64,000 bases of DNA from Gammaproteobacteria bacterium (GTDB lineage: Bacteria > Pseudomonadota > Gammaproteobacteria > S012-40), in contig JAOUHV010000005.1 of assembly GCA_029884425.1 (NCBI GenBank), forward strand, positions 15,791 to 79,790. The letters run 5' to 3'. Each line of letters starts with the position of its first letter. Position 1 is the stretch's first letter. The notes under the pieces were generated by a model. It saw only the letters and a list, made by a program, of their open reading frames with translations. It was not told where the DNA came from and did not search any database. This document shows, in pieces, positions 21,334-32,935 of the stretch. Made by a program: the position numbers and the translations under genes.

Positions 21334-22575
21334 ATGTTCACCAAGTGCAGTCATTGCAAGACCACATTCCGCATTCATCCCGAGCAGTTAAAACTGGCGG
21401 CGGGCAAGGTTCGTTGTGGCAATTGCCGTGAAGTTTTCAATGCGCTGGATAACTTGGTGGAAGACGTACCTCCGCAAGCTGCGTCACGTCCGGCAGATGT
21501 ATCGCCGCCGGAAACCGCAGATGAATTAATGGGCGCGCTGGATGACATCGCAGCCAATACTGAATCTGATGATCTGCTCAACCTGCTAGATGATCCTGCA
21601 CTGAGTGCGGCAGGTGAAGATGTTTTGGCGCAGAACAGCAATATTTTGTCCCGTCCCAATGAAATGCTTGATCAGTTTGATCTGGGTCAGGACGGCGATG
21701 CAGATAACTTGCTCGGTGAATTGGAACAATTTGGCGAAGAGCTGGATCAGTCACCAGCCAGAGTTGCGGAAGATCGATCCGCCGCCAGTGATGCCAACTT
21801 GTTTGATGAGCTGGAGCAGTTTCAGGAAGAACGTCGCCCCGACGATTTTGATCTGGATTCGCAAAAGAACAAAAAGGCGGATGATGTTTTTGATATCGGG
21901 GGTGACCTGGATACCAAGGACGATATCGTGTCACGCTTTGATCTGGCTGAAGAGCCGGTGGCGCAAGATCGATCGTTCGCTGAGGAGCCGGTCGCCAAGG
22001 TCGAGCCTGCAGAGAAAAAATCAGCGAAGGCCGAGGCGCGCAAAAAAGCTGCCCGGCAGAAATTTGTTAGTCAGGAGCTCGAAGGCGGTTCTGTCGTCAG
22101 CAAATCTGTGTGGAGCGCGGTAATCGTGCTGCTGATTGTATTGCTGCTGGGGCAGGTGCTGTACTTCAAGCGTGCCGATCTGATCAAGTATCCGGCATTA
22201 GCACCAGCGCTGGAAGCCATGTGCGGTGTGTTGGTGGCGCATGTGCCGTGTGACTTGCCCTTGCCGAAAAAACTGGATGCGATCGTGATGGAAGAGCGCG
22301 AGGTGCGTTCTCACCCCAATACCCCACGGGCGTTATTGATCAGTGCCAAAATTGTTAACAAAGCCGACTTTGAGCAATCCTACCCGTTGTTGGAGCTGAC
22401 CTTTTCAGACTTGAATCAGAAGCTTATTGCGCGCCGGACTTTCCAGCCCAAGGATTATCTGGGTAAAGAGGTCGAGCCAAATGAGCGTATGCCAATCAAC
22501 GTGCCGGTGCGGGTTTTACTGGAAATTGTTGATCCTGGCGCAGATGCAGTAAATTTCGAATTTAATTATCGTTGA
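21334..22575 (+). CDS. Zinc-ribbon (MJ0042-type) / DUF3426-like membrane protein
   Basis: N-terminal CxxC...CxxC zinc ribbon (MFTKCSHCKTTFRI...CGNCREVF), an acidic low-complexity region, one TM and a C-terminal domain. Sits between prmA and dusB, as does the equivalent hypothetical in Pseudomonas. Confidence 0.6.
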   Translation: MFTKCSHCKTTFRIHPEQLKLAAGKVRCGNCREVFNALDNLVEDVPPQAASRPADVSPPETADELMGALDDIAANTESDDLLNLLDDPALSAAGEDVLAQNSNILSRPNEMLDQFDLGQDGDADNLLGELEQFGEELDQSPARVAEDRSAASDANLFDELEQFQEERRPDDFDLDSQKNKKADDVFDIGGDLDTKDDIVSRFDLAEEPVAQDRSFAEEPVAKVEPAEKKSAKAEARKKAARQKFVSQELEGGSVVSKSVWSAVIVLLIVLLLGQVLYFKRADLIKYPALAPALEAMCGVLVAHVPCDLPLPKKLDAIVMEEREVRSHPNTPRALLISAKIVNKADFEQSYPLLELTFSDLNQKLIARRTFQPKDYLGKEVEPNERMPINVPVRVLLEIVDPGADAVNFEFNYR

Positions 22576-22715
22576 TAACTTCTTAATTTATAAGCAGTCT
22601 ATAAAAAAGACAGTTCTCCCTTTAGAATATTTTTTAATCATCCGCAAGGCTTTTCCGGCGACGAATTTGCCGGTATTATGAGCACCCTTTTTCGGACCCT
22701 ACTCGGTTTCCCTCT

Positions 22716-23702
22716 ATGCGTATTGGCCCGTACACCCTTTCCGGTCGCCTGATTCTGGCGCCGATGGCAGGCGTGACGGATCGCCCTTTCCGGCAGATGT
22801 GCAAGCGTCTGGGAGCGGCGATGGCGGTGTCAGAGATGGTGACCTCGGATGAGCGCCTGTGGGACACCCAAAAGAGTCGCCTGCGACGCGACCACGCGGG
22901 AGAGGTTGAGCCAATTTCGGTACAGATACTGGGTACCGATCCGGAAAAGATGGCGCAGGCAGCGCGGTTGAATGTGGCCAATGGTGCTCAGATCATCGAC
23001 ATCAACATGGGCTGCCCGGCAAAAAAGGTTTGTAGCGTTGCGGCGGGTTCGGCCCTGATGCGCGACGAGCCCCTGGTGGGGCGAATTCTTTCTTCGGTAG
23101 TGTCCGCAGTGGACGTACCGGTAACTCTTAAAATCCGTACGGGCTGGAGTCCGAGCGAGCGCAATGCGGTTAGGATTGCGCGGATTGCCCAGGAGGCAGG
23201 CATTGCCGCCCTGGCTGTCCATGGTCGGACTCGCGCGTGCGGCTATAAGGGGGAAGCGGAATACGACACGATTGCGGCCGTGAAGGCGCAAGTGTCGATT
23301 CCAATCATCGCCAATGGCGATATAGGTCATCCTGAGAAAGCCCAGCAGGTGCTGGCTTTGACCGGAGCAGATGCGTTGATGATTGGTCGTGCGGCGCAGG
23401 GAAGGCCATGGATATTCAGGGAGATCAATCATTTCCTGCAGACAGGTGAGTTATTGCCTGAGCCGGACGTGCATGAAGTGGGTTCTTTGTTACTGGAACA
23501 CGTGGAGAACTTGCATGCTTTCTATGGAGAGTACATGGGAGTTCGGATTGCACGTAAGCATATTGCTTGGTTTAGCGCGGCTCAGCCCAATGCGGCAGAG
23601 TTTCGCAGTCAGGTGGTACGCGAAGAGTCAGCGCAAAAACAGTTGGAATTGATCAGGCAGTTTTTCATGCGCAAAGAATTGAACAAAGGTGTAGCAGCAT
23701 GA
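22716..23702 (+). CDS. dusB: tRNA-dihydrouridine synthase B
   Basis: MRIGPYTLSGRLILAPMAGVTDRPFR... Confidence 0.93.
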   Translation: MRIGPYTLSGRLILAPMAGVTDRPFRQMCKRLGAAMAVSEMVTSDERLWDTQKSRLRRDHAGEVEPISVQILGTDPEKMAQAARLNVANGAQIIDINMGCPAKKVCSVAAGSALMRDEPLVGRILSSVVSAVDVPVTLKIRTGWSPSERNAVRIARIAQEAGIAALAVHGRTRACGYKGEAEYDTIAAVKAQVSIPIIANGDIGHPEKAQQVLALTGADALMIGRAAQGRPWIFREINHFLQTGELLPEPDVHEVGSLLLEHVENLHAFYGEYMGVRIARKHIAWFSAAQPNAAEFRSQVVREESAQKQLELIRQFFMRKELNKGVAA

Positions 23703-23992
23703 CAATGTTATTTGGGGGCAGTGCCGTGGAAACAGCGGAAAATATCAGAGCGTCAGAGTCAACCGGCAGAATCCGTCACAGTGTTACGGATGTGTTGGAA
23801 GCGTATTTTGCAGATCTGAATGGCTATCAGGGCGCCGAAGGCGTTTACCAGATGGTGTTGCGTGAAGTCGAACGCCCCATGCTGGAAGTGGTATTGAAGC
23901 ATACGCGTGGCAATCAAACCAAAGCTGCCGAGCTGTTGGGAATCAACCGCGGCACACTGCGCAAGAAACTGCGTGAGCACGGCCTGGATTAA
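23699..23992 (+). CDS. fis: DNA-binding protein Fis
   Basis: C-terminal HTH RGNQTKAAELLGINRGTLRKKL. Overlaps the dusB stop (dusB-fis operon). Confidence 0.9.
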   Translation: MTMLFGGSAVETAENIRASESTGRIRHSVTDVLEAYFADLNGYQGAEGVYQMVLREVERPMLEVVLKHTRGNQTKAAELLGINRGTLRKKLREHGLD

Positions 23993-24031
23993 TCCAGGCC
24001 TTTTTTTCTAAGCAAACAAACAGAGAGCAAC

Positions 24032-25588
24032 ATGGCTGTGATCAAACGAGCGCTGATCAGTGTGTCCGACAAGCAGGGCGTACTGGCGTTTTCCCGCTCC
24101 CTGCAGGCGATGGGCGTGGAGATTCTTTCCACTGGCGGAACCGCCAAGCTACTGGCCGCCGAAGGCGTGCCGGTCACTGAAGTTTCCGATTACACCGGTT
24201 TTCCCGAAATGATGGATGGTCGCGTCAAAACCCTGCACCCCAAGGTGCATGGTGGCATTTTGGGTCGTCGCGGCACGGATGACGCGGTGATGCAGGCCAA
24301 CGGTATCAACGCCATCGATCTGGTGGTGGTGAACCTCTATCCTTTCGAGCAGACCGTTGCGCGTGCCGATTGCGATTTGCCCATGGCAATTGAGAACATC
24401 GATATCGGTGGTCCAACCATGGTTCGCGCGGCAGCAAAGAACCACAAAGACGTGGCTATCGTGGTTAATCCCGCCGATTACGACGCGGTGGTTGCCGAGA
24501 TGAAAGCCAATGGCGGCGCCCTGAGCATGGCGACCCGCTTTGATCTGGCAGTGAAGGCGTTTGAGCATACGGCTCACTACGACGGCGCCATTGCCAATTA
24601 TCTGGGGCGTTTGGTGGGCGAGCAGGAGCAAACCTTCCCGCGCACTTTCAATCGCCAGTTCGTCAAGGCGCAGGAAATGCGCTACGGCGAAAATCCGCAT
24701 CAGGCGGCGGCGTTCTACGTCGAAGCCAATCAGGCGGAGCCATCAGTTTCAACTGCCAAGCAACTGCAAGGCAAGGAACTATCGTTTAACAACATCGCCG
24801 ACACCGATGCGGCGCTGGAATGCGTCAAACAGTTCGACGGCGCGCCAGCGTGCGTGATTGTCAAACACGCCAACCCCTGTGGTGTGGCGGTGGCTGGCAG
24901 CCTGTTGGAAGCCTACGACAAAGCCTACAAAACCGATCCCGAATCGGCGTTTGGCGGCATTATCGCTTTCAACCAGACATTGGATGCGGCCACGGCCAAA
25001 GCCATTGTTGAGCGCCAGTTTGTCGAGGTGATCATCGCCCCTGACGTGAGTGAAGAAGCCAAGCAAGTGGTGGCTGCCAAGCAGAACGTGCGTCTGCTGG
25101 CCTGCGGCCAGTGGGCCAAGGCCGCTGGGCGTTTGGATTTCAAACGTGTCACTGGCGGTTTGTTGGTGCAGGATGCCGATCTGGCCTTGTACAACGAGCT
25201 GAAGGTGGTCAGTAAGCGCCAGCCGACCGAACAGGAAATGGCAGACCTGCTGTTTGCCTGGAAAGTAGCGAAGTTCGTCAAATCCAACGCCATTGTCTAC
25301 GCTAAGGGCGACATGACCATCGGCGTCGGCGCTGGCCAGATGAGTCGCGTAAACTCCGCCCGTATTGCCGGCATCAAGGCCGAACATGCAGGATTGGAAG
25401 TGCCGGGCTCGGCGATGGCTTCCGATGCGTTCTTCCCGTTTCGCGACGGCATCGACGCGGCGGCCAAGGCCGGCATCAAGGCGGTGATTCAGCCAGGTGG
25501 CTCCATGCGTGACCAGGAGGTCGTCGACGCGGCCAACGAACACGGTATTGCCATGGTGTTTACCGGTATGCGTCACTTCCGCCATTAA
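24032..25588 (+). CDS. purH: Bifunctional AICAR transformylase / IMP cyclohydrolase
   Basis: 518 aa; MGS-like N-domain (VSDKQGV...) and AICARFT domain. Confidence 0.97.
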   Translation: MAVIKRALISVSDKQGVLAFSRSLQAMGVEILSTGGTAKLLAAEGVPVTEVSDYTGFPEMMDGRVKTLHPKVHGGILGRRGTDDAVMQANGINAIDLVVVNLYPFEQTVARADCDLPMAIENIDIGGPTMVRAAAKNHKDVAIVVNPADYDAVVAEMKANGGALSMATRFDLAVKAFEHTAHYDGAIANYLGRLVGEQEQTFPRTFNRQFVKAQEMRYGENPHQAAAFYVEANQAEPSVSTAKQLQGKELSFNNIADTDAALECVKQFDGAPACVIVKHANPCGVAVAGSLLEAYDKAYKTDPESAFGGIIAFNQTLDAATAKAIVERQFVEVIIAPDVSEEAKQVVAAKQNVRLLACGQWAKAAGRLDFKRVTGGLLVQDADLALYNELKVVSKRQPTEQEMADLLFAWKVAKFVKSNAIVYAKGDMTIGVGAGQMSRVNSARIAGIKAEHAGLEVPGSAMASDAFFPFRDGIDAAAKAGIKAVIQPGGSMRDQEVVDAANEHGIAMVFTGMRHFRH

Positions 25589-25613
25589 CACTGGCGATTG
25601 CCTTCAGCGTTAA

Positions 25614-25644
25614 CAAAAAAGCCCGGTAATGCCGGGCTTTTTTA
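25614..25644. terminator. Bidirectional rho-independent terminator
   Basis: aaaaaa-gcccgg-taatg-ccgggc-tttttt, a symmetrical hairpin. Confidence 0.75.
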
Positions 25645-26088
25645 ATGATGGGTCAGGGAGCGAATCTGTTCGGGAAACTCTCGTCGCGCCCGGCCTTCGT
25701 TGATTTGCAGCAGGGCCGTTAGGGCCATTTGCGAAGTGATCTGTTCTTCGTGGGAGGCCAGCTTGGAAAGCAGCGACCAGACGGTCTCATCGCCCATATA
25801 CCCCAAAATTCGTATGCCTTCATGGCGAGTGTTGTCGCTGCTGTGGATCAGCATTCCCGCCGCATAGCGGTGAACCTCTACCCGATAGGCCAACACGGCC
25901 AGGCCTATGCGCTCTTCCGGGGTGGCGCTGGCAAAAGCCTGATTCCATATCTCAATGAAGTACTTGGCGTGGCTTTTCTTAAGCGCAGGAATGGGGTTGG
26001 GAAGGGTGGTTTTTGCCTTCTCGATCAACGGGCGCCAAGTGGCCTCGCATTCAGTCTGAACTTTTTGTGGGCGAAACAGATCCAGCAT
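25642..26088 (-). CDS. Hypothetical protein, 148 aa
   Basis: Intact ORF, no clear motif. Confidence 0.3.
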   Translation of the reverse strand: MLDLFRPQKVQTECEATWRPLIEKAKTTLPNPIPALKKSHAKYFIEIWNQAFASATPEERIGLAVLAYRVEVHRYAAGMLIHSSDNTRHEGIRILGYMGDETVWSLLSKLASHEEQITSQMALTALLQINEGRARREFPEQIRSLTHH

Positions 26089-26301
26089 AAGTAGTTATCG
26101 ATTAGGGGGTTGTTGGTGTTTTTGCGACAACATACGGTGGCCGCACATTGATTAACGGCAGTTTTACCCACATGTTTAGTGGGCGCACAGAAAAGCTGTG
26201 GTTGGTGTTAAGTTTGAGCCAATACGGCCCAGGCAAGATGTTCAGAGCAAGGACGTTACATTACTCAGTGACCCTCTGAGAGAACGCAAGGCGGTGGAGG
26301 C

Positions 26302-27492
26302 ATGATGGACTACCAAACTTTGCTGGCAGTGTTAATTGGCGTGTACTGTCTTCAGGCGATGGCGCTGATTATCACCTGGTACCAAAGTCGGAATGAGGAC
26401 GGTACTCGCGAGTGGGCTGCGGGCGGGGTTTGCATGGCCGCAGGGGCGCTGGTGGTGTTGATTGCCAGCACGATTGCTCACGGCGAAGAAATCGGCCAGC
26501 GAATGGTGCCAGTGACCAGTGCCGGCATTGCGCTGATTGCAACCGGCTGGCTGTTTCTGTGGGCGGGGATACGCCGATTTGTTAATCACCTGGATTTTTC
26601 TTCACATTATCTGGGTCTATTTTTTGTCTTGTTCTATATCTTATTGTTACAACAGCAGTTTTTTACCCTGCCCCTCGGTTGGATTGTGTTCTGTCTGGCG
26701 ACAGTGGTGGCGATTGCCAGTAGCCTGATTTTGGCTGAACTCATGGTGAGCCGCGAGCGTGCAAGTTTGATCAGCCAGTTTATGATGCTGTGCTTTGGTT
26801 TGACGGCACTGCTGTGGGGCGGTCGGGCCGCGTTGGCGTTGCTGGACATGGCGCGGCCACTGGGGACCTTGTTTGATGGCTTGCTGATGTATCAGGCGGT
26901 GTTGGTGACGGTGGCGGTGACCTTGGGGATGATCCTGATGACCACCGAGCGGGTACAAAAGCATCTGCGTGAACAGGCCTCCATTGATTCCCTGACAGGT
27001 TTGTACAATCGTCGCGCATTTCATGATGTAAGTCGGGCAGTGATTGCTGCCGCCGAACGCGATAAACAGCCGGTGGCCTTGGCGCTGCTGGATCTGGATC
27101 ACTTCAAATCCATCAATGATACTTTTGGTCACGGCGTGGGTGACAAGGTGCTGATGCGCTTTGCCAATTTGGCCGAGCTGACTTTTCGTGACCAGGACAT
27201 CCTGGCTCGCTTCGGCGGCGAGGAATTTGTGGTATTGTTGTCCGGTGCGGACGCCGATCAGGCAATGCGCGCATTGCAGCGCCTCCGCCAACGTCTGGAA
27301 ACTGAGTGCATCGAATACCAAGGGGTTTGTGTGCCCAGTACCGTGAGCATAGGCGTGAGTTGTCGGCGTCGCGGAAAAATTGATTTGCATGCCATGCTGG
27401 AAGAAGCGGACAAGGCGTTGTACGACGCCAAGCGCGCCGGTCGTAACCAGGTCATTATGTATCACCTGGGGGATGCGGTGCCGGCAATATAG
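26302..27492 (+). CDS. Membrane-bound diguanylate cyclase (GGDEF) with a polytopic N-terminal sensor domain
   Basis: ~6 TM helices, then a GGDEF domain with active site GGEEF and I-site RDQD. Confidence 0.85.
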   Translation: MMDYQTLLAVLIGVYCLQAMALIITWYQSRNEDGTREWAAGGVCMAAGALVVLIASTIAHGEEIGQRMVPVTSAGIALIATGWLFLWAGIRRFVNHLDFSSHYLGLFFVLFYILLLQQQFFTLPLGWIVFCLATVVAIASSLILAELMVSRERASLISQFMMLCFGLTALLWGGRAALALLDMARPLGTLFDGLLMYQAVLVTVAVTLGMILMTTERVQKHLREQASIDSLTGLYNRRAFHDVSRAVIAAAERDKQPVALALLDLDHFKSINDTFGHGVGDKVLMRFANLAELTFRDQDILARFGGEEFVVLLSGADADQAMRALQRLRQRLETECIEYQGVCVPSTVSIGVSCRRRGKIDLHAMLEEADKALYDAKRAGRNQVIMYHLGDAVPAI

Positions 27493-27526
27493 CGGCATGT
27501 GCCAAATGTAGCGAAGTAAGGTTGAT

Positions 27527-28090
27527 ATGAAAGCGAACGAAATAAAAAAAGGCATGGTGATACAGGTGGATGGCCAGAATATTCTGGTGCGCTCAGTGAT
27601 GGTGCAGTCACCATCATCTCGCAGTGGCAATACCTTGTACAAAACCGTTGGCCAAAACGTGGTGACACGCGCCAAGTTCGAGCGCAGTTTCAAAGGTGAC
27701 GAACTGGTTGATGCGGTGGACTTTCAGCGTCGTGCGATTCAGTTGCTGTTCCGTGATGCGGACGGCTGCACGTTTATGGACGTGGAAACCTACGAACAAT
27801 TCGTGGTGCCAGAAAGTTTGATCGAAGACGAACTGGCTTTTATCACCGATGGCTTGGAAGGTCTGTACGCGTTGATCGCAGACGAACGCGTGCTGGGCGT
27901 AGCCCTGCCAGCGACCGTGGTGCTGGAAGTGGTTGAGTGCTCGCCCGGCATTAAAGGTGCGTCGGCTTCTGCGCGCACCAAACCGGCTACACTGAGCACC
28001 GGTTTGGTGGTTCAGGTGCCTGAATATCTTGAGTCGGGCGAAATGGTGAAGGTAAATACCGAAACGCGCGAGTTTGTTTCGCGCGCTTAA
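27527..28090 (+). CDS. yeiP: Elongation factor P-like protein (YeiP/EfpL paralog)
   Basis: 187 aa with KOW-like N-domain and OB domains; MKANEIKKGMVIQVDGQ... Confidence 0.85.
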   Translation: MKANEIKKGMVIQVDGQNILVRSVMVQSPSSRSGNTLYKTVGQNVVTRAKFERSFKGDELVDAVDFQRRAIQLLFRDADGCTFMDVETYEQFVVPESLIEDELAFITDGLEGLYALIADERVLGVALPATVVLEVVECSPGIKGASASARTKPATLSTGLVVQVPEYLESGEMVKVNTETREFVSRA

Positions 28091-28229
28091 GGAGCGTGCA
28101 GACAGGGCCATGTAGTGGTTGGCGTTGGTTTGCTTCAGCGACAGGTTAAGATAAAAAGCCAAGCACAGTAATGGTGCTTGGCTTTTTTGTTGGGGACAAA
28201 TCGCTATACTGGCAGAGGGATACTGGTGG

Positions 28230-29654
28230 ATGCACATGCAAAAAAATCATTCTGAGGTAATTGTTATCGGCTCTGGTCCAGGCGGTTATCGCGCAGCGGT
28301 ACTGCTCGCGCTGCAAGGAAAAAATGTTGCTATTGTTGAACGTCAGCAATGGGGAGGATGCTGCCTGAATCGCGGTTGCGTACCTAAAAAAGCATGGCAC
28401 CACACCGCCAAATTGATTCAGGCCAGCAAAAGATTTGCTGAGCGTGGATTGCACGGGACAATGCAAGTGAATTTTCTGCAGGCGTGGCAGCATCAGCAGC
28501 GAGTTGTAAAACAGGTGCGCGACAGCTATGAAAATTATTTACAGCGCCTGGGAGTGAAGCGCTACGTTGGTCATGGCCGCTTGCTGGATGCACACACGGT
28601 ACAGGTCGAGCATGATACTGATCCGCAGCTGTTGAGTGCCGATTTTATTATTCTGGCAACGGGATCGACGGCGAATTATCCCGAGCCATATTCGCTGCAG
28701 CAAAACAAGGTTATCGGAACTGATGAATTATTTGACCAGCCACCACCCGGTGGTGAGCGGGTAGCGATAATCGGCAGCGGTGTCGTCGCCACCGAGTTCG
28801 CATTTATTCTTCAGCAATTGGGTAAGAACGTGTTTTGGTACGCGCGTCGTTCGCCATTGTCCAATACGGAATTTAGTCAACAGGCCAAACGGTTATTGCA
28901 CGAGGCATTGCAAAAATCCGCTGTGACTGAAACCAATTTGCAATTGCCAGTAAATCTGAAAATAAATCCCAATGACGTGACCTTGCAGTTTGCTGACGCC
29001 AGTGAACAAGCGGTGGATTGGGTGCTGGTTGCGACTGGGCGTACACCGGCAACATCTCAGCTAGGATTGGAAAAAACAGCAGTGCAAGTGGATGGGGCGG
29101 GGTTTGTTGTGCGCAATGATTTTTTGCAAACTGCGCAGGAAAATATTTATGCCATTGGCGACTGTACCTCGCCCATTATGACGGCCAATCAAGCGCTGGC
29201 CGATGCCACGGTGGTTACAAGTAATATCCTGTACGGCAATCATAGGCAGCAATCTCCGCAATGGGTGCCGCAATTGATTTATTCGGCGCTGGAGTTGGCC
29301 AAGGTCGGTATGAATGAAGATCAGGCTGAAGACGCAGGCTACGAGCCTGCAGTGGGATTCTCCTCGTTTGACAGCTCACCTCGGGCTTTGGGACAAGATG
29401 ATGCCGAAGGGTTTGTGCGCATGTTGGCGGATATGGATAGTGGAGAATTTCTTGGTGCAGAAATTGTTGGTTCAGAGGCGGGCGAGTTGATACACAAACT
29501 GCTCAATGCAGAACTCCAGGAAACTATTTTGCGAGACCTGGCGGCTTCGCCCGTTAATCATCCTTCACGCTCGGAAGAAATTACTAACGCGGTGGAAACC
29601 ATGGCAGCCAAATGGGGATTGGCCGAGAAAATTCTGGCACCCGTCGATAAGTGA
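28230..29654 (+). CDS. Class I FAD-dependent pyridine nucleotide-disulfide oxidoreductase (dihydrolipoamide dehydrogenase / glutathione reductase family)
   Basis: FAD fold VIVIGSGPGG, redox CxxxxC (GGCCLNRGCVPKK), NAD fold VAIIGSGVVATE, and a C-terminal His-Pro interface motif (HPSRSEE). Confidence 0.8.
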   Translation: MHMQKNHSEVIVIGSGPGGYRAAVLLALQGKNVAIVERQQWGGCCLNRGCVPKKAWHHTAKLIQASKRFAERGLHGTMQVNFLQAWQHQQRVVKQVRDSYENYLQRLGVKRYVGHGRLLDAHTVQVEHDTDPQLLSADFIILATGSTANYPEPYSLQQNKVIGTDELFDQPPPGGERVAIIGSGVVATEFAFILQQLGKNVFWYARRSPLSNTEFSQQAKRLLHEALQKSAVTETNLQLPVNLKINPNDVTLQFADASEQAVDWVLVATGRTPATSQLGLEKTAVQVDGAGFVVRNDFLQTAQENIYAIGDCTSPIMTANQALADATVVTSNILYGNHRQQSPQWVPQLIYSALELAKVGMNEDQAEDAGYEPAVGFSSFDSSPRALGQDDAEGFVRMLADMDSGEFLGAEIVGSEAGELIHKLLNAELQETILRDLAASPVNHPSRSEEITNAVETMAAKWGLAEKILAPVDK

Positions 29655-29677
29655 CGGGTGCCAAACTCATTTGATGA

Positions 29678-30328
29678 TTAATGAATGTTGCGCCAGACTT
29701 TGCGTTTTAGCAGGTACAGCATGAATGATAGCAATAACAAGTACGCCATCACGTAATAGCCCATTTGGCGACGCTGATCAGCATGCGGGTCAGCAGCCCA
29801 TTCCAAGAATCGTGCGACTTGCTGGGCTTTATGTTCAATTTGCTTGCGTTCTTCTGGTTCGGTATAGACTGTGTAATTGAGCACATCGGGCATGCGCAAT
29901 CCAGGGAAAGCGTGATTGTCGATATGTCCTGGCTCTTTGGCATGATAGCTGGTGAGCAAGGAATAAATGTAGTCAGCCCCGCCCTTGCGAGCTTTGGCCA
30001 TCAGCGATAAATCCGGTGGGATCATGCCGAAATGATGTTCTTGGGCAGCGGGAGCCATACTGGCTTTGATCGTATCGCTCATTTTTCTGTCACCCCGCAA
30101 GGCATCCACTTGCTCCTGGCTATAACCGATTTGCAGTAAATTGCTGTACTTGATGTATTTCAGGTCATGGCACAGTGTACATACCTGCATGGCGATATGA
30201 GCCCCCTGACGAACTGTATCAGGGGACTGGTCTAGCTCAATTTTTTTTAACGCTACGCTTTCATTGGCGATGGCATTTCCACTACAGACGAGCAAAGAAA
30301 CGAGCAAAATGATAGAGCGGCGGTTCAT
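29678..30328 (-). CDS. petC: Cytochrome c1 of the ubiquinol-cytochrome c reductase complex
   Basis: Signal peptide, heme-binding CTLCH, C-terminal TM anchor. ATGA overlap with the petB stop. Confidence 0.85.
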   Translation of the reverse strand: MNRRSIILLVSLLVCSGNAIANESVALKKIELDQSPDTVRQGAHIAMQVCTLCHDLKYIKYSNLLQIGYSQEQVDALRGDRKMSDTIKASMAPAAQEHHFGMIPPDLSLMAKARKGGADYIYSLLTSYHAKEPGHIDNHAFPGLRMPDVLNYTVYTEPEERKQIEHKAQQVARFLEWAADPHADQRRQMGYYVMAYLLLLSFMLYLLKRKVWRNIH

Positions 30329-31560
30329 TGCTTTTTGCTCCTCTGGGCGCGTTGTTTTTCTTCTTCGGCGATCAAATCCAGTACCGGTTGTGGCAGACCT
30401 CTGCGCATTAGCCACCGTTCCTCGGTTTTGGATAAGAATGGCAGCAAACAAAACAGCGCAAAATAAACAAAGGTTGCGACTTGGCCAATGGCAATCAAGT
30501 TTCCTTCTGGAGGCATAATGCCGACGTAGCTGAGTACCAGTATGTCAATGCAGAAAATATAAAACAAAGCGCGATAGGCAGGACGATAGCGAGCACCGCC
30601 TGGTATTTTTGAACGATCAAGATATGGCATGGCGGCGAAGATGACGACGGATAATCCCATAGCGACAACTCCACCTAGCAAGTCAGGAATGGCGCGCAAA
30701 ATGGCGTAGAACGGCAGGAAATACCATTCGGGTACGATGTGCGCGGGGGTTTGCATCGGATTCGCAGGAATGTAATTGTCTGCTTCGATGAATGTGTTTG
30801 GGCTGAAGAAAACAAAGTAACAATACACCAACAAAAACAGCGCTAAGCCATACAAGTCTTTGATGGTGTAGTAGGGATGAAATGGAATATTATCCTTGGC
30901 AGCTAAATTGATTCCTGATGGATTGCTGCTCCGCACCATGTGCAGTGCCACCATGTGGATGACAACGGCAGCGACGATGATAAATGGAAACAGGTAATGC
31001 AGTGCAAAAAATCTGGTTAAGGTCGCATCACCCACCGAGAAATCACCGCGTAGCCAGATAACTATCTGGTCGCCGATGATGGGGGTTGCTCCAAATAAAT
31101 TGGTGATGACTTGCGCGCCCCAATAAGACATTTGTCCCCACGGTAACAGGTAACCCATGAACGCCGTGGCCATCAACAGTAGCAGCAATCCTTGACCTGT
31201 CCACCACATCAGCTCTCTGGGGGCGCGATACGAGCCGTAGTACAAAGTACGCGCCATGTGGATGTAGATGACGATGAAAAAGAATGATGCGCCGGTGGAA
31301 TGCATGTAGCGAATCAGCCAGCCATAATTCACATCACGCATGATGTGTTCAACTGACTGGAAGGCTGTTGCTGCGTCGGCTTTGTAGTGCATCGCGAGAA
31401 AAATGCCGGTGATCAATTGTATGACCAGTACAAAAGCAGCCAGAGAGCCGAAATTCCACCAATAGCTGAGATTGCGAGGAACGGGATACTCGGTTAATTC
31501 ATGTTTGATAAAAAATGTGAGCGGAAAGCGCTGATCTATCCACTGAATCAGTTTGTTCAT
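30325..31560 (-). CDS. petB: Cytochrome b of the bc1 complex
   Basis: 411 aa; conserved heme-ligand His, PEWY motif. Confidence 0.95.
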   Translation of the reverse strand: MNKLIQWIDQRFPLTFFIKHELTEYPVPRNLSYWWNFGSLAAFVLVIQLITGIFLAMHYKADAATAFQSVEHIMRDVNYGWLIRYMHSTGASFFFIVIYIHMARTLYYGSYRAPRELMWWTGQGLLLLLMATAFMGYLLPWGQMSYWGAQVITNLFGATPIIGDQIVIWLRGDFSVGDATLTRFFALHYLFPFIIVAAVVIHMVALHMVRSSNPSGINLAAKDNIPFHPYYTIKDLYGLALFLLVYCYFVFFSPNTFIEADNYIPANPMQTPAHIVPEWYFLPFYAILRAIPDLLGGVVAMGLSVVIFAAMPYLDRSKIPGGARYRPAYRALFYIFCIDILVLSYVGIMPPEGNLIAIGQVATFVYFALFCLLPFLSKTEERWLMRRGLPQPVLDLIAEEEKQRAQRSKKQ

Positions 31561-31572
31561 CTGGGCACCTCC

Positions 31573-32106
31573 CTATGCCTTATCTTTGCCGATGAGAATT
31601 CGACTTTCATTGACGAAAAAATAAGGCGGTTTTGTCAGATTGGCGGGTGCTGGTCCTGATAAAATACGGCCGCTGTTATCGTATACACTGCCATGACAGG
31701 GACACATCCAGCCTTCCTCACGTCGACCTGGAACGCAGCCAAGATGGGTGCAAATGCCGACGACGACCAGCCACTGCGGAACGGCGACACGCGTAGCATC
31801 ATCTTGCGGGTCTTTACCTCCCTGTGATTGACGAACTTCGTCAATTTGCTTGTCGGTTCGATGCAGAACAAACACGGGCTTACCTTGCCATTCAACAGTA
31901 CGAACTTCCCCGGGGCGAATACCGCGTAAATCCACTTCGGTGGTGGCTTTGGAAAGCACATCGGTACTTGGATTCATGCTGGCGATAAATGGCCAGCTCG
32001 CTGCAGCCAAACCGCAGCCGGCTACCACCGTGGTGGCAGTTTCCAAAAAATGACGCCGGTCATGATCGTCAGGTGCGTCATTTTTCTCTGAGATATCATG
32101 GGCCAT
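31573..32106 (-). CDS. petA: Rieske [2Fe-2S] subunit of the bc1 complex
   Basis: CTHLGC...CPCHGS boxes and Tat-type signal (RRHFL). Confidence 0.93.
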   Translation of the reverse strand: MAHDISEKNDAPDDHDRRHFLETATTVVAGCGLAAASWPFIASMNPSTDVLSKATTEVDLRGIRPGEVRTVEWQGKPVFVLHRTDKQIDEVRQSQGGKDPQDDATRVAVPQWLVVVGICTHLGCVPGRREEGWMCPCHGSVYDNSGRILSGPAPANLTKPPYFFVNESRILIGKDKA

Positions 32107-32130
32107 GAGTGATTCTCCGGACGGATAGAT

Positions 32131-32430
32131 CTATGGACGTTTTAGTTGGCTGAAATAACTGGCCACTTGCTCAATGTCTGCATCGGTAAGGCTGGCAGCC
32201 ATGGCATTCATGGTGGGATTGTTGCGGTGGTTAGAGCGATAGTCTTTGATGGCCTTAATTAAATATTGTTTTTTTTGCCCTGCCAGATTTGGTATTTCAT
32301 CAGAGATGCTGATGCCTTGTTCGCCATGACAGCCGGCACATAGCACTACTGTTTCTGGTGCGACATTGTTTTCAGCAATAGCTCCCGAACTTAGCAGTAA
32401 CAAAACCGGCGTGATCCAATACTTCATCAT
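32131..32430 (-). CDS. Monoheme class I cytochrome c
   Basis: Signal peptide, CAGCHG heme motif, Met ligand region. Confidence 0.8.
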   Translation of the reverse strand: MMKYWITPVLLLLSSGAIAENNVAPETVVLCAGCHGEQGISISDEIPNLAGQKKQYLIKAIKDYRSNHRNNPTMNAMAASLTDADIEQVASYFSQLKRP

Positions 32431-32536
32431 GTGTTTCCTCTCCCGGTAACGTGGTGGTGAAAGCAGAGTCCATTACAGTGTAGTTGTCGTTGCTGCTAGG
32501 TTCGAGTTTTTACAACGTAACTAGAGATATCGACAT

Positions 32537-32710
32537 CTATGGGTGTTTGCTGGCTCCTAACTTTTGTGTAAAGCGTTTGACACCCTCCCAGCCAGCGAGC
32601 ACCGCAATCAACAACCCTATACCAAGTATGGGAGTCTTAATCACACTGACAATGCCGCCAAAAACAACGCCAAGAACAGGGATGATGATTTCAAAAGCAC
32701 GCTTGGACAT
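32537..32710 (-). CDS. Small (57 aa) two-TM membrane protein; absent from the ORF track because it is under 60 aa
   Basis: ATG preceded by GAGGA RBS; MSKRAFEIIIPVLGVVFGGIVSVIKTPILGIGLLIAVLAGW... Confidence 0.4.
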   Translation of the reverse strand: MSKRAFEIIIPVLGVVFGGIVSVIKTPILGIGLLIAVLAGWEGVKRFTQKLGASKHP

Positions 32711-32935
32711 AAATTTCCTCGATTATTCAGATACTGCTTGGGACTCATGTATCGGTAAATCCAGCCAAAGATAAAATTTTCTGCAGTAAACAATTGTTAA
32801 TTTCCCAGCGCTTGCCCAGATTGATGGATGAGATAGGTGTGTGCGTGCAGTTTTTTTGTTTGCGGGGCAGCGGCTTAAGTATTGCTACCAACAGGTCGAG
32901 ATACTGGAAAATTACCGGTATTTAATGAGTTGCCC

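Noticed and set aside
26647-27693. 348-aa minus-strand ORF overlapping the GGDEF gene
   Set aside because: It is antisense to a well-supported diguanylate cyclase with clear TM and GGEEF features and has no motif of its own.
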